The translations under genes and the position numbers were made by a program. The notes below the pieces were generated by a model. That model ran no database searches. It saw only the letters and a list, made by a program, of their open reading frames with translations, and had not been told where the DNA came from. From positions 175,882-239,881 of the forward strand of contig CAZPWJ010000001.1 of assembly GCA_964590195.1 (NCBI GenBank): 64,000 nt of DNA, in the 5' to 3' direction. Origin of the DNA: an uncultured Rhodospirillaceae bacterium (GTDB lineage: Bacteria > Pseudomonadota > Alphaproteobacteria > GCA-2731375). Shown in pieces: positions 23,409 through 33,365 of this stretch (the stretch's first letter is position 1; every line of letters starts with the position of its first letter).

Positions 23409-23851
23409 GTGCGCTTGCTCATTTTTTGGTCTGTAGGTGACATCATGAAGGAACCGGTTGCATGCGCAATGGGATCGTCGATGTCACCCTGGTAGGCGAT
23501 GGCGCGGGTAAAGGCGATATTGCGCGTGGTTTTGTAACAATGAGCGCGGGCGTAAAGATCCTGTCCCGACGCCGCCGGTTTCAAATAATCGATACGCAGA
23601 TCCAGAGTCGCCACCATTGTCCCGTCGGGCAGCTTCGGAACCACGCACATGCCGCTCAGGCTATCAAGCAGCACCGTCACGATGCCGCCATGCACGACGC
23701 CGGTGTCAGGGTCGCCGACGAATTCCGGTCGATGGGGTATCCTGGCGACGACGCCGCTGTCATCAAGCGATATTAAATCCAGCCCCACCGCGGACATGTG
23801 CGGAATAGTGCTGATCATCAGTTGGCGGACGTTCTCGAAATCGATTTCCAT
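23405..23851 (-). CDS. PaaI-family thioesterase
   Basis: GVVHGG..TVLLD, TLDLRIDY. Confidence 0.88.
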   Translation of the reverse strand: MEIDFENVRQLMISTIPHMSAVGLDLISLDDSGVVARIPHRPEFVGDPDTGVVHGGIVTVLLDSLSGMCVVPKLPDGTMVATLDLRIDYLKPAASGQDLYARAHCYKTTRNIAFTRAIAYQGDIDDPIAHATGSFMMSPTDQKMSKRT

Positions 23852-24072
23852 GCTTGCCCGACAATGCGTGCTGGCCACGAGGCTGTCAAACATTCACTAG
23901 TTCAGGGCACTAGCGGCGGCTGAAAAACGGTCGTATAAGATGCGCCATGTGGAACAGCACGGTTGGTATTCGGGCCGGTTGGCCAGTTTTTGGCGGGACG
24001 CCGATAATTGCGCGGCGAACGTGCGCCGCACAGGGTGCGCCGGGGGCACAGCGGGCTGGGCGGCGCGGCATT

Positions 24073-25062
24073 ATGGGCGCGCTGATCTGCTGCTTTATTC
24101 TGCTGCTTGGCATATCCGCTGCCCGGGCCGGAGAATCCGCGTATTTCCGTATTGCCACTGGCGCCGCGGATGGCACCTATTTTCCCATTGGCTCCCTCAT
24201 CGCCTCGGCCATTTCCAATCCGCCGGGCTCGCGCGATTGCGCTGACGGCGGCTCTTGCGGCGTACCGGGACTGATCGCCGTGGGCCGGGCCAGCAGGGGG
24301 TCGGTCCAGAACGTGGGCCTGATTGCCGGCGGCATGGTGGAATCCGGGCTAAGCCAGGCCAATGTCGCCTATATGGCCTATTTCGGCCTGGGTCCCTTCA
24401 AGGGCGGGGCGCAATACGATGGCCTGCGGGTCGTCGCCACGCTCTATCCCGAGCTGGTGCAGTTGGCGGTGCGCAAGCACAGCGGCATTTACGCGGTCGA
24501 GGATCTGCGCGACAGGCGGGTCTCGTTGGGGGTCGAAGGTTCGGGCACGGCGGTGGACGCCGATGCCATCATGGCGGCCCATGGTCTGGCGGCGGGCAGC
24601 TACAAGGCGCTGAATTATGATCTTGGCGAGGCCGCGGACCGTTTGCGCCTGGGCAAACTGGATGCTTTCTTCATTATCGGCGGCGCACCGGTGCCGGCCA
24701 TGGTGGATTTGGCGGAACAGACCAACATCACGCTGTTGCCGATCCATGGTCCGGCCGCATCGCGCCTGCGCCGGGACTATCCATTCTTCGCCCCGGCCAA
24801 GCTGCCAGCCGGCGTCTACCGCAACGTGGCCGAGACGCAAACCCTGAGCGTCGGCGCCCAATGGCTGGTATCGGACCGCCTGGACGCAAAACTGGTGTAT
24901 GAAATGGCCCGTGCCCTGTGGCATCCCTCGACCCGGCGGATCCTGGACAACGGCCACCCCAACGGCCGCCTGATCCAACTGCAAAGCGCCCTGGAGGGCC
25001 TTGGTATTCCGCTGCACGAAGGTGCCAGGCGCTACTACAAGGAAGTCGGCGCCCTACCCTGA
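24073..25062 (+). CDS. TAXI-family TRAP solute-binding protein
   Basis: Signal peptide, ATGAADGTYFPIG, GSVQN, LYPE, GSGT, PLHEGARRYYKE. Confidence 0.92.
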   Translation: MGALICCFILLLGISAARAGESAYFRIATGAADGTYFPIGSLIASAISNPPGSRDCADGGSCGVPGLIAVGRASRGSVQNVGLIAGGMVESGLSQANVAYMAYFGLGPFKGGAQYDGLRVVATLYPELVQLAVRKHSGIYAVEDLRDRRVSLGVEGSGTAVDADAIMAAHGLAAGSYKALNYDLGEAADRLRLGKLDAFFIIGGAPVPAMVDLAEQTNITLLPIHGPAASRLRRDYPFFAPAKLPAGVYRNVAETQTLSVGAQWLVSDRLDAKLVYEMARALWHPSTRRILDNGHPNGRLIQLQSALEGLGIPLHEGARRYYKEVGALP

Positions 25063-25695
25063 GTTCGCGGCTTCGACGTTGGCATCCGCCAGCCAGGCCC
25101 CCATGGCGGGTAGCCGCAATAGGGCGGCGGCGTAGCTTTGGCAAATATCATCCAGTGCCAAGCCATAGCGGTCAAAACGAACGGCCACGGGCGCATACAT
25201 GGCGTCCGCGGCGGAAAAAGCGCCAAACAGGAAATCGCCCCCGCCTTTATGTGCCTGGCGCGCCGCGCGCCAAATACCGCTAACGCGTTCCACATCCGAC
25301 AACGCCTCCGGCGACAATTCCGGCCGCCGCAGCCCCGATCTACAATTGAAGGACAATTCATCCCGCATGGCGGCGAAACCCGCGTGCATCTCCGCCGCCA
25401 GCACGCGGGCCTGGGCCCGCATCACCGCATCCGCCGGCCAGATCGGCAATTCCGGATGCCGCTCCGCCAGGAACTCCACGATCGCCAAACTATCCCAAAT
25501 GGTTTCGCCGCCGCATTGCAGGATGGGCACCCGGCCGGCCGGCGACAATTTCCGAATCCTGTCCGTGCTGTCCGGTTGATCCAGCGGGATCAGCACTTCT
25601 TCAAAAGGCAGCTCGAAATGGCGCAACAACAACCAGGCGCGCAAGGACCAGGAAGATTTGTTTTTGTCACCGATGATCAAACGATAGGGGGGCAT
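25054..25695 (-). CDS. Glutathione S-transferase family protein
   Basis: KNKSSWSLRAW, SPAGRVP, WDSLAI, AEMHAGF, ADAMYAP. Confidence 0.92.
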   Translation of the reverse strand: MPPYRLIIGDKNKSSWSLRAWLLLRHFELPFEEVLIPLDQPDSTDRIRKLSPAGRVPILQCGGETIWDSLAIVEFLAERHPELPIWPADAVMRAQARVLAAEMHAGFAAMRDELSFNCRSGLRRPELSPEALSDVERVSGIWRAARQAHKGGGDFLFGAFSAADAMYAPVAVRFDRYGLALDDICQSYAAALLRLPAMGAWLADANVEAANSG

Positions 25696-25746
25696 CGCGC
25701 CGTTCCATGCTTTGCTGTACAAGGATAGTAATGCAGTCTGAATGTA

Positions 25747-27156
25747 GTGGAGCCCGCCGTGATCGCCAATATCATAACCGACCTTGACCCCAACGCTGTT
25801 CCTATCTGGCCAATCGGCGGCGGCGACCTGGCCGCTTGGCAAGAAACCCAGCCGGATGCCGTGAAGGCCTGGTGCCAAAGCAACGGTTTTTCGGCGGATG
25901 CCGGCAAGTTCCTTTTGCTGCCGGGAGAAAGCGGCGGCCTGGCCGGCGTCATGCTGGGTTTGGGCGAAGCCGTGGAAGGGACCGGCGGTTATTGGGCATT
26001 TGGCACCCTGGCCACGGCCCTGCCGGCGGGAGATTACCGCATCGAGGGCGATCTGACGCCGGCCCAGGGCGATCAGGCGGCCCTGGCCTGGGCCCAGGCG
26101 GCCTATCGCTTCACCCGTTATCAAGGCAAGGATGACGCGGCCAAGGATGTGGCCCGGCTGTGTTTGCCTGAAAACGCCGATGGCACGGCATTGCACGGCG
26201 CCATCAAGGGTTCATTCCTGGCCCGCGATCTGATCAACACGCCGGCCTCGGACATGGGACCGGAGGAGCTGGCCGCCGCCGCCCTGGCCCTGGCGGAGGA
26301 ATTTGGCGGCACCGGTACCGTCATCGTGGGCGATGAACTGTTGCGCGACAATTACCCGGCGATCCATGCGGTGGGCCGCGCCTCGGTCCGGGCGCCGAGG
26401 CTGATCGACCTGCGCTGGGGACCGGCCGATGCGCCGCGTCTGACCCTGGTGGGCAAGGGCGTTTGTTTCGATACCGGCGGTCTGGATCTGAAACCCGCCG
26501 CCGGCATGCTGAAGATGAAAAAGGACATGGGAGGCGCGGCCACCGTGCTGGGCCTGGCGGCCATGATCATGACGGCGGAACTGCCGCTCTCGCTGCGGGT
26601 TCTGATCCCGGCGGTGGAAAATGCCGTAGCTGGCAATGCTTACCGCCCTGGCGATGTGCTGAACACCCGCAAGGGCCTGACCGTGGAGGTCGGCAACACC
26701 GATGCCGAGGGCCGCATCGTTCTCTGCGATGCCCTGGCCGAAGCGGCGACGGACGACCCTGAACTGATCATTGATATCGCCACCCTGACCGGTGCGGCGC
26801 GGGTCGCCCTGGGCCCGGATCTGCCGGCGATTTTCACGGGCAGCGACGAACTGGCTTCAGCTTTGCAACAGACGGGTGAGGCGCTGGATGATCCGGTCTG
26901 GCGCATGCCGCTGTATGGGCCCTATACCGAGCGCCTGAAAAGCAAGGTCGCCGACTTCAACAATGTTTCCGAAGGCGCCTTTGGCGGCGCCATAACGGCG
27001 GCCCTGTTCATGCAGAATTTTGTCACCGATCCCAGCCGCTGGCTGCACATGGACACCTATGGCTGGAACGACAAGGACCGCCCGGGCCGTCCGGCGGGCG
27101 GCGAAGGCCTGGCCATGCGCACGCTGTTCGCGGTGATTGAGGAGCGTTTTAGCTAA
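25747..27156 (+). CDS. Leucyl aminopeptidase (M17 family)
   Basis: VGKGVCFDTGG, MKKDMGG, NTDAEGR, ATLTGA. Confidence 0.95.
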   Translation: MEPAVIANIITDLDPNAVPIWPIGGGDLAAWQETQPDAVKAWCQSNGFSADAGKFLLLPGESGGLAGVMLGLGEAVEGTGGYWAFGTLATALPAGDYRIEGDLTPAQGDQAALAWAQAAYRFTRYQGKDDAAKDVARLCLPENADGTALHGAIKGSFLARDLINTPASDMGPEELAAAALALAEEFGGTGTVIVGDELLRDNYPAIHAVGRASVRAPRLIDLRWGPADAPRLTLVGKGVCFDTGGLDLKPAAGMLKMKKDMGGAATVLGLAAMIMTAELPLSLRVLIPAVENAVAGNAYRPGDVLNTRKGLTVEVGNTDAEGRIVLCDALAEAATDDPELIIDIATLTGAARVALGPDLPAIFTGSDELASALQQTGEALDDPVWRMPLYGPYTERLKSKVADFNNVSEGAFGGAITAALFMQNFVTDPSRWLHMDTYGWNDKDRPGRPAGGEGLAMRTLFAVIEERFS

Positions 27157-27165
27157 GCGCGGTTG

Positions 27166-28554
27166 TCAATCAGGCCAGACTGGCGGATGGCTGCCCAGGG
27201 GCATGGACGGTCGTGCCCAATGGGCCGGTGTCTCGGACAGTTGCGCCGCGTGGCGCACCGCCGTCAGCATGCCGTAACCTGATTGGCTGTCTTCCAGGAA
27301 TTCGTCGACGTCGTCTTCGTATACATTGCCCCCGTCGAAACCGTCCTCAACCCGTCCAAGGCTTTGCAGCCAGCGCCCCGTTCTGGCCAGGGCGACGCGG
27401 ATATGCCAGCTGCCGCCCTCATCCATCCGCCGGGCCAGGGTGGCCATTGCGGCGGCGGCCATGAAATAGCCCGAGGCATGGTCCAACACCTGGCAGGGCA
27501 ACGGCTTGGGGCCGTCCACGCCGGCGGCCTCGGCCTCGGCGAAGTTGATGCCGCTGGCCGTCTGCACCAGGGAATCGAAACCCCGGCGAAGGGACCACGG
27601 CCCCATATGGCCGTAGGCGGACAAGGAAACGTAGATGATGCCAGGACGGATTTTTGCCACTTGGTCCGGCCCAAAGCCCCAGCGTTCCAGCCCGCCGGGG
27701 CGATAACCCTGGACCAGGATATCCGCCTCGGAAATCAGCTGCCGCAGGCTTTCCCGGCCTGGTTCTTCCCGCAGATCAATATGAGTAGACAACTTGCCGC
27801 GCCCGGCATCGGTGACCAGGGCGGCGACGGATGGTAGATGCGAGGCGGTCACCCGCATGACATCGGCGCCGTGCGCCGCCAAAGTTCGCCCGCACACGGG
27901 GCCGGCGATGATCCGGGTCAGATCCAGCACCCGGACGCCGTCCAAGGGCCGCGCCCCCGCCGGCATTGGCCGTGGCGGTGCATCGCCAATCCGCTCGACC
28001 GCGATCAGCGGCTGTTGATCCAGCGCCTGGGCCTGGGGGTGGGCCTGCCATTCCTGCGCGCTTCGCATCATGGTGGCGACCAGACCCTTTTCGGCGGCGG
28101 CGTCCTCGAAGTCCTGGCCCCGCCATTGAGCAAGGGCGGCGGCAACCGCCTCGCGATCATTGGCGCAGTCTAAAAGCTCCAAGACGCCGTCCCGGTGATG
28201 GGGAAAATTCGTATGCAGGCGGACCCAGCGGCCATCGCCGGTTTGATAAGTCCCGGCAATCTTGTCCCATAACGCAGGCGACGGCCCGCCGTCGATCTTC
28301 AGGAAATGCTCGCTATGAAACTCAACCAGGGCGTGGCGCATATCCACGCCGATGGTCTGGCGCCCACCACCGCGTTGCCGCCAGACCTCCGCCGCCGCCA
28401 GCGCCGAGGCGGAAATCGCCACCTGGGCCGCCGTGCCGACCCTGAACGACGACGGCACGATTGGCTCCTGGCCCGTCAGCGCCAATTCATTCAGGCCTTC
28501 CAGGGGTAGGCTGATCTGGCCGCATATATCCCGCAGGATCTCATGTATTTGCAT
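27166..28554 (-). CDS. Family III (CaiB/BaiF) CoA-transferase with N-terminal extension
   Basis: PLDGVRVLDLTRIIAGP, GYRPG, GFDSLVQ. Confidence 0.9.
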   Translation of the reverse strand: MQIHEILRDICGQISLPLEGLNELALTGQEPIVPSSFRVGTAAQVAISASALAAAEVWRQRGGGRQTIGVDMRHALVEFHSEHFLKIDGGPSPALWDKIAGTYQTGDGRWVRLHTNFPHHRDGVLELLDCANDREAVAAALAQWRGQDFEDAAAEKGLVATMMRSAQEWQAHPQAQALDQQPLIAVERIGDAPPRPMPAGARPLDGVRVLDLTRIIAGPVCGRTLAAHGADVMRVTASHLPSVAALVTDAGRGKLSTHIDLREEPGRESLRQLISEADILVQGYRPGGLERWGFGPDQVAKIRPGIIYVSLSAYGHMGPWSLRRGFDSLVQTASGINFAEAEAAGVDGPKPLPCQVLDHASGYFMAAAAMATLARRMDEGGSWHIRVALARTGRWLQSLGRVEDGFDGGNVYEDDVDEFLEDSQSGYGMLTAVRHAAQLSETPAHWARPSMPLGSHPPVWPD

Positions 28555-28706
28555 TGTTCAACACCTTTTCGTGCTCGGGCACCATGTCGTGCCAGATCGC
28601 CAGATTTCCCGAAGACTGATTTACGCTCATTGCTGTACACTCTTGCTTTGCAGGCTTCGATTCCCAGGATGGAAGACAGAGCCAATTTTTTTGACGGAGT
28701 TGGATT

Positions 28707-30470
28707 ATGAAGGGTGGAGAGCTGATTGCACAGTTTTTGGTGCAGGAGGAAATCCCTTATGTTTTCGGCATCTGCGGCCACGGCAATGTTGGTCTGTTGG
28801 ATGCCCTGTACGATGTGCGCGACGATATAAAGCTGATCTCGCCCCGCCATGAACAGGTGGCCGCGCATATGGCGGATGCCTATTTCCGGATCAAGCATGA
28901 GCCCGTCGCCACCCTGACGTCATGCGGCCCCGGCTCGGCCAATATCGTCATGCCCATCGCCAACGCCCTGGCCGATAGCTCCGCCATCCTGGCCATCACC
29001 GCGAATATCCCGACGCAGCAGTTCAACCGCGGGCCTTTTCAGGAGGTTAACCGCCATTTCGCCGCCGACTTTCCCTCGGTTTTGAAGCCGGTGGTCAAGC
29101 GCAGCTATCAGCCAACCCGTGTCGACATGCTGCCCCTGACCCTGCGCCAGGCGCTGGAGCTTTCCGTCACCGGGCGGCCGGGTCCGGTGCAGGTGGATGT
29201 ACCATTCAACGTTTTTCAGGAGGAGGCGGATGTGGCGCTGGAGGCCACCGCGCGCGCCAAGACTAGAAAACGGCCCGGTACCGATCCGGCGGATATCGAC
29301 TGGGCCCTGGCCATGCTGGCCGCCGCCGAACGCCCGGCGTTGTTCATTGGCCATGGCGTTACCCTGGCCGAAGCCGCGCCCGAACTGGTGCAATTGGCCG
29401 AGCGTCTGAATATCCCCGTGATCTCCTCGCCCAACGGCATGGGCTGCATCCCCATGTCGCACCCGTTGTCGCTGGGCTTTATCGGCCGCAACGGCACCTT
29501 TCCGGCCAACCAGGCGGGCCGTCACGCGGATTTGGTGATCGCCGTCGGCGCCCGCTTCGATGACCGATCCTCGTCCTCATGGATACCCGGCTATTCCTGG
29601 AATTTCCCGGCCACGAAGTTGATCCATGTCGATATCGATGTGGATGAAATCGGTCGCAATTATGTGCCTGACCTGGGCATTACCTCTGATGCCGGCAGTT
29701 TTCTGCGCCAGATGCTGGGCGCGGCGGCGGAAATGGAAAGGCCGGAACGCAAGGCCTGGCTGACCGAGATCGAAGGTTGGCGCGATGAATGGCAGCGCTT
29801 TACGGCGCCGAATTTCGAACTTCGCACCTCGCCCCTGCGGCCGGAGCAGATTGTCGCCGATATCCGCGCGGTGTTGCCCGACGACGGTATCATCTCGCTG
29901 GATTCCGGTGTCCATCACAATTGGTTCATGCAGTTCTGGGATGCGCCCATGCCCCAGACCATGCTCAACGCCTGGGGCTTTTCGGGTATGGGTTTCGGTG
30001 TTTCGGGTATTCTGGGGGCGAAACTGGCGGCCCCGGACCGGCCCTGCGTCGCCATCTGCGGCGACGGTGGCTTTACCATGACGCCGCATGTTTTGTGCAC
30101 GGCGGTGGAATACAACATTCCCTGTATCTGGGTGGTTTGGAACAATTTCGCCTGGGGCGCGATTCGCGATATCCAATACGGTATGTTCGGGGGCCGGGAA
30201 ATCGGCACCGGCTTCTACAGCGGCGACAACCAGCAGCCCTACAATCCAGATTTCGCCGCGATGGCACGTTCCTGCGGCGTGCACGGCGTCACGGTCACCG
30301 AGCCAGACGATTTCAAGGGTGCGCTGGAAGCCGCCATCGCCTCGGGCAAACCGGCGCTGCTTAATGTGCATGTGGACCCGGAAGTCCGCCCGCCGGCCAC
30401 GGGCACCTGGCAGTTGCCGCCCACGCCCTTTGGCGAGCCGGCATTTGGCGGACCATTTTTGCCGGACTGA
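28707..30470 (+). CDS. Thiamine diphosphate-dependent enzyme (acetolactate synthase-like superfamily)
   Basis: RHEQ..AHMADAY, GPG, GRPGPV, GDGGF-x(n)-NN. Confidence 0.92.
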   Translation: MKGGELIAQFLVQEEIPYVFGICGHGNVGLLDALYDVRDDIKLISPRHEQVAAHMADAYFRIKHEPVATLTSCGPGSANIVMPIANALADSSAILAITANIPTQQFNRGPFQEVNRHFAADFPSVLKPVVKRSYQPTRVDMLPLTLRQALELSVTGRPGPVQVDVPFNVFQEEADVALEATARAKTRKRPGTDPADIDWALAMLAAAERPALFIGHGVTLAEAAPELVQLAERLNIPVISSPNGMGCIPMSHPLSLGFIGRNGTFPANQAGRHADLVIAVGARFDDRSSSSWIPGYSWNFPATKLIHVDIDVDEIGRNYVPDLGITSDAGSFLRQMLGAAAEMERPERKAWLTEIEGWRDEWQRFTAPNFELRTSPLRPEQIVADIRAVLPDDGIISLDSGVHHNWFMQFWDAPMPQTMLNAWGFSGMGFGVSGILGAKLAAPDRPCVAICGDGGFTMTPHVLCTAVEYNIPCIWVVWNNFAWGAIRDIQYGMFGGREIGTGFYSGDNQQPYNPDFAAMARSCGVHGVTVTEPDDFKGALEAAIASGKPALLNVHVDPEVRPPATGTWQLPPTPFGEPAFGGPFLPD

Positions 30471-30613
30471 ATCATCTGATAGCACGAGCATAATGTTTGC
30501 ATAATAGGGCGTCCGCCGCATACCATTGGGGCGGGGACGCTATATTAGTCATTCCCAACGTTAGGCGTTTGAATAGATTTCAACGACGAACCGATTGGTT
30601 GGGGGATAACACC

Positions 30614-31819
30614 ATGCTTGAATTTCATTCCGGCAGCTCCAGCGCCGTAAATTCAAAGACCGCAATTCTCGAATGTATCGACCATGCCTTTGGCGATCGC
30701 GACAAGGCGGATTGCAGGTTGCTGGTCATTCATTCCACCGTGGGGCACAACTTCGATCAGATGGCCGCTGGCGCGAAGGAAGCCTGTCCGGAGGCCGAGA
30801 TCGTCGGTTGTACCGGCAGTGGCGTCATCGGCCACGGCAGCGTCAGCGAAGCCATGCGCGCCATGGCGGTCATGGCCATCACAGGCAACGAATTCACCGT
30901 TGCCGCCGCCAATGGCCTGAACGGCGGAAATTCCGCTGAATTGGGCGAGCAGGTGGCGGCCGAGATAAAGGCCGAGGATCCGGACATCAATATGGTCTTC
31001 GCCCTATCCGCTGGATTGGATGTGGCGGGAGATCAAGTGATCAAGGGAATAGAATCGGTGTTGGGCGCGGATGTCCCGATCTTTGGCGCCACCGCCGCCG
31101 ACAACGGCAAGGCCAAGGGCACTTTCCAGTTTCATAACCAGGATGTGCTCGAGGAAGGCTTGATCCTGGTTGGCTTTTCCGATCCGGGTCTGGAGGTGCT
31201 TTCGGGCGTCCATCACGGCTCCATTCCCATTGAAGGCGCGGTTTTCGAAGTCACGAAATCAAATGAAAATGAAATCATCGAACTGGACGGCAAGCCGGCC
31301 TGGCATGCGCTGCTGGCACGATTTGGCCTACCCCCCGAAAGTACCGAGGTGCCCGATGTCATGGCCATCGCCGGGCTGGGCGATGCCCTGACGGCGGACG
31401 AGCAGGCGGTCTACGACAACCCGCAAATTCTGCGCGTGCCGATCAAGGTCTCCGAGGACAAGCAATCGTTCTATCTGACGGCAGCGATACCGGAGGGGAC
31501 AAAGCTGCAACTGATGCAGCGGGACGAGCAGTATATTTTTGATGGTGTCGAAAGCCTGATGCAGCGCATGCGGGACGACCTGGACGGCCGTCAGCCGGTC
31601 GCGGTTTTCCACGCTGACTGCATGGCCCGGGGGCGGCACACCTTCAACCAGGTTCTGAAAGACGAGATCATCGCAAAGATGCAATATCCGATTTGCGGCG
31701 AGGACTTCATTCCGTGGCTGGGCGTTTATGGCTTTGGCGAATATTGCCGTTTCGCCGGGAAGAATCATTTCCATGCCTACACCACGTCGCTGTTCCCCAT
31801 TGTTCGGCGCGAGGCCTGA
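30614..31819 (+). CDS. FIST N/C-domain sensor protein (NosP-like)
   Basis: VGCTGSG, FGATAAD, ELDGKPA, DCMARG, GVYGFGE. Confidence 0.85.
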   Translation: MLEFHSGSSSAVNSKTAILECIDHAFGDRDKADCRLLVIHSTVGHNFDQMAAGAKEACPEAEIVGCTGSGVIGHGSVSEAMRAMAVMAITGNEFTVAAANGLNGGNSAELGEQVAAEIKAEDPDINMVFALSAGLDVAGDQVIKGIESVLGADVPIFGATAADNGKAKGTFQFHNQDVLEEGLILVGFSDPGLEVLSGVHHGSIPIEGAVFEVTKSNENEIIELDGKPAWHALLARFGLPPESTEVPDVMAIAGLGDALTADEQAVYDNPQILRVPIKVSEDKQSFYLTAAIPEGTKLQLMQRDEQYIFDGVESLMQRMRDDLDGRQPVAVFHADCMARGRHTFNQVLKDEIIAKMQYPICGEDFIPWLGVYGFGEYCRFAGKNHFHAYTTSLFPIVRREA

Positions 31820-31828
31820 TTTAGAGAA

Positions 31829-33334
31829 ATGTCCGTACCGGCGGCAAAGCGTACCTACGAAGAGTTAGAGGCCCTGTGCGCCCGGTTGGAAGCGGAATCG
31901 GGCCGTAGTCAGGTCATGCAGCAGGATCTGATCCACGCCAAGGGTCAGGTGGACGGCGAGTTGATGCGCTTCAAGGCGATCCAGGCCTATATCGCCAAGG
32001 CGTTCGAAACAGATGACCCGAACGATTTTTTCTCCCTGACCTTGGAATCCGTAATCGAGGCCTTCGAATATGAAGTGGCCTTGTTCCTGCAGGCGACGGA
32101 CAGCGATAAGCTGTTGACGGTCAGTGGTGAATTCGGTTTTCAGGAGCCGCCGGCGGATTTGCCATTCTCGCCAAAATGGCTCGATTCAGATGAAAGCCGG
32201 ATTGTCGGCGAGGATGACTTCTTGCTCATGGCCTGGGTCGAACTGGACCTTGCGAAAGCCATTGTCTGCCCCTTTCATGACAAACACGGCAAGCTGGCCG
32301 GCATTATTCTGGGCGGCATTACCAAGGACGGCGCCGGCGTCTTTGATGATATCGCCGACGATCATTGTTCCGCCTTCACTGTGATGGTGCAGCAGGCCGG
32401 TTCCCTTTGGACCAACCGGGAACTGAACGATGAAATTCGCCAGCAGAACAACCGCCTGGTCAATCTGACGGATTCCTATAGCCGCTTTGTCCCGTTCCAG
32501 TTCCTCGACCTGCTCGACCGCGCCTCGATCGAGGATATCGATGCCGGCGATCATGTTTCCATCGAAAGCAGCGTGCTGTTCGCCGATATCCGCGATTTCA
32601 CCGCGCTGTCAGAGGCCCTGGGCCCGGCGGGGACATTCGCCTCGCTGAATGAATTCCTGGTCGCGGTGGAGCCGGTGGTGGAGCAGGAAAAAGGCTTCAT
32701 AAATCAATATATGGGCGATGCGGTGATGGCGCTGTTTCCCGGCGGCGCCGATGCCGCCCTGAACTGCGCCATGGGCATGATCGCCCATTCGCGGGAGCTC
32801 AACGCCCGGCGCAGCGGCAGCGGCGAACTGGCGATCCGCTTTGGCATGGGGATTTCCAGCGGGCCGCTGATGCTGGGTGCGATCGGCGGCGGCAAACGGC
32901 TGGACAGCAATGTGGTGGGTGACACCGCGAACCTGGCATCGCGTATCGAAAGCCTGACCAAGCTTTATGGTGTCTCGACCCTGTTCACGGAATTCACCCG
33001 GGCGCGGCTGGAAAATCAGGATGCCTACTGTTTTAGGGAGGTGGACCGGGTGGTCGTCAAGGGACGCACCAGCGCCGTCTCCATCTATGAACTTTATGAC
33101 TGTGATACCGGCCCGATCCAGGCGCAGAAACATGCCACGGTGGAACCCTTCACCGAGGCCTTGTCGCTGTACCGTGAGGGCGACTTTGCCGCCGCCTGCC
33201 GGGCTTTCGAGGCCTGCGCCGTTGCTGCGCCCGATGACAATGTCACGCAACTTTATATTGAACGCTGTGGCGCGCTGATTGAGACGCCCCCGGCGGGGCC
33301 CTGGCGCGGCGTTTGGGTGCTGGACGAAAAATAG
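31829..33334 (+). CDS. Class III adenylate/guanylate cyclase (coiled coil, GAF-like region, cyclase, TPR-like tail)
   Basis: SRFVP, LFADIRDFT, YMGDAVMALF, GDTANLASRIES, VKGR. Confidence 0.92.
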   Translation: MSVPAAKRTYEELEALCARLEAESGRSQVMQQDLIHAKGQVDGELMRFKAIQAYIAKAFETDDPNDFFSLTLESVIEAFEYEVALFLQATDSDKLLTVSGEFGFQEPPADLPFSPKWLDSDESRIVGEDDFLLMAWVELDLAKAIVCPFHDKHGKLAGIILGGITKDGAGVFDDIADDHCSAFTVMVQQAGSLWTNRELNDEIRQQNNRLVNLTDSYSRFVPFQFLDLLDRASIEDIDAGDHVSIESSVLFADIRDFTALSEALGPAGTFASLNEFLVAVEPVVEQEKGFINQYMGDAVMALFPGGADAALNCAMGMIAHSRELNARRSGSGELAIRFGMGISSGPLMLGAIGGGKRLDSNVVGDTANLASRIESLTKLYGVSTLFTEFTRARLENQDAYCFREVDRVVVKGRTSAVSIYELYDCDTGPIQAQKHATVEPFTEALSLYREGDFAAACRAFEACAVAAPDDNVTQLYIERCGALIETPPAGPWRGVWVLDEK

Positions 33335-33365
33335 CCGCTATAGCGGCAGAAGTAGGAGTTTGACG

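Noticed and set aside
25696-26196. N-terminal extension of the 380-aa GST ORF
   Set aside because: Overlaps the divergent M17 aminopeptidase; GST homology begins at ATG 25695
31829-33334. Pycsar anti-phage system
   Set aside because: No adjacent cNMP-binding TIR or TM effector, and the architecture is that of a signalling cyclase
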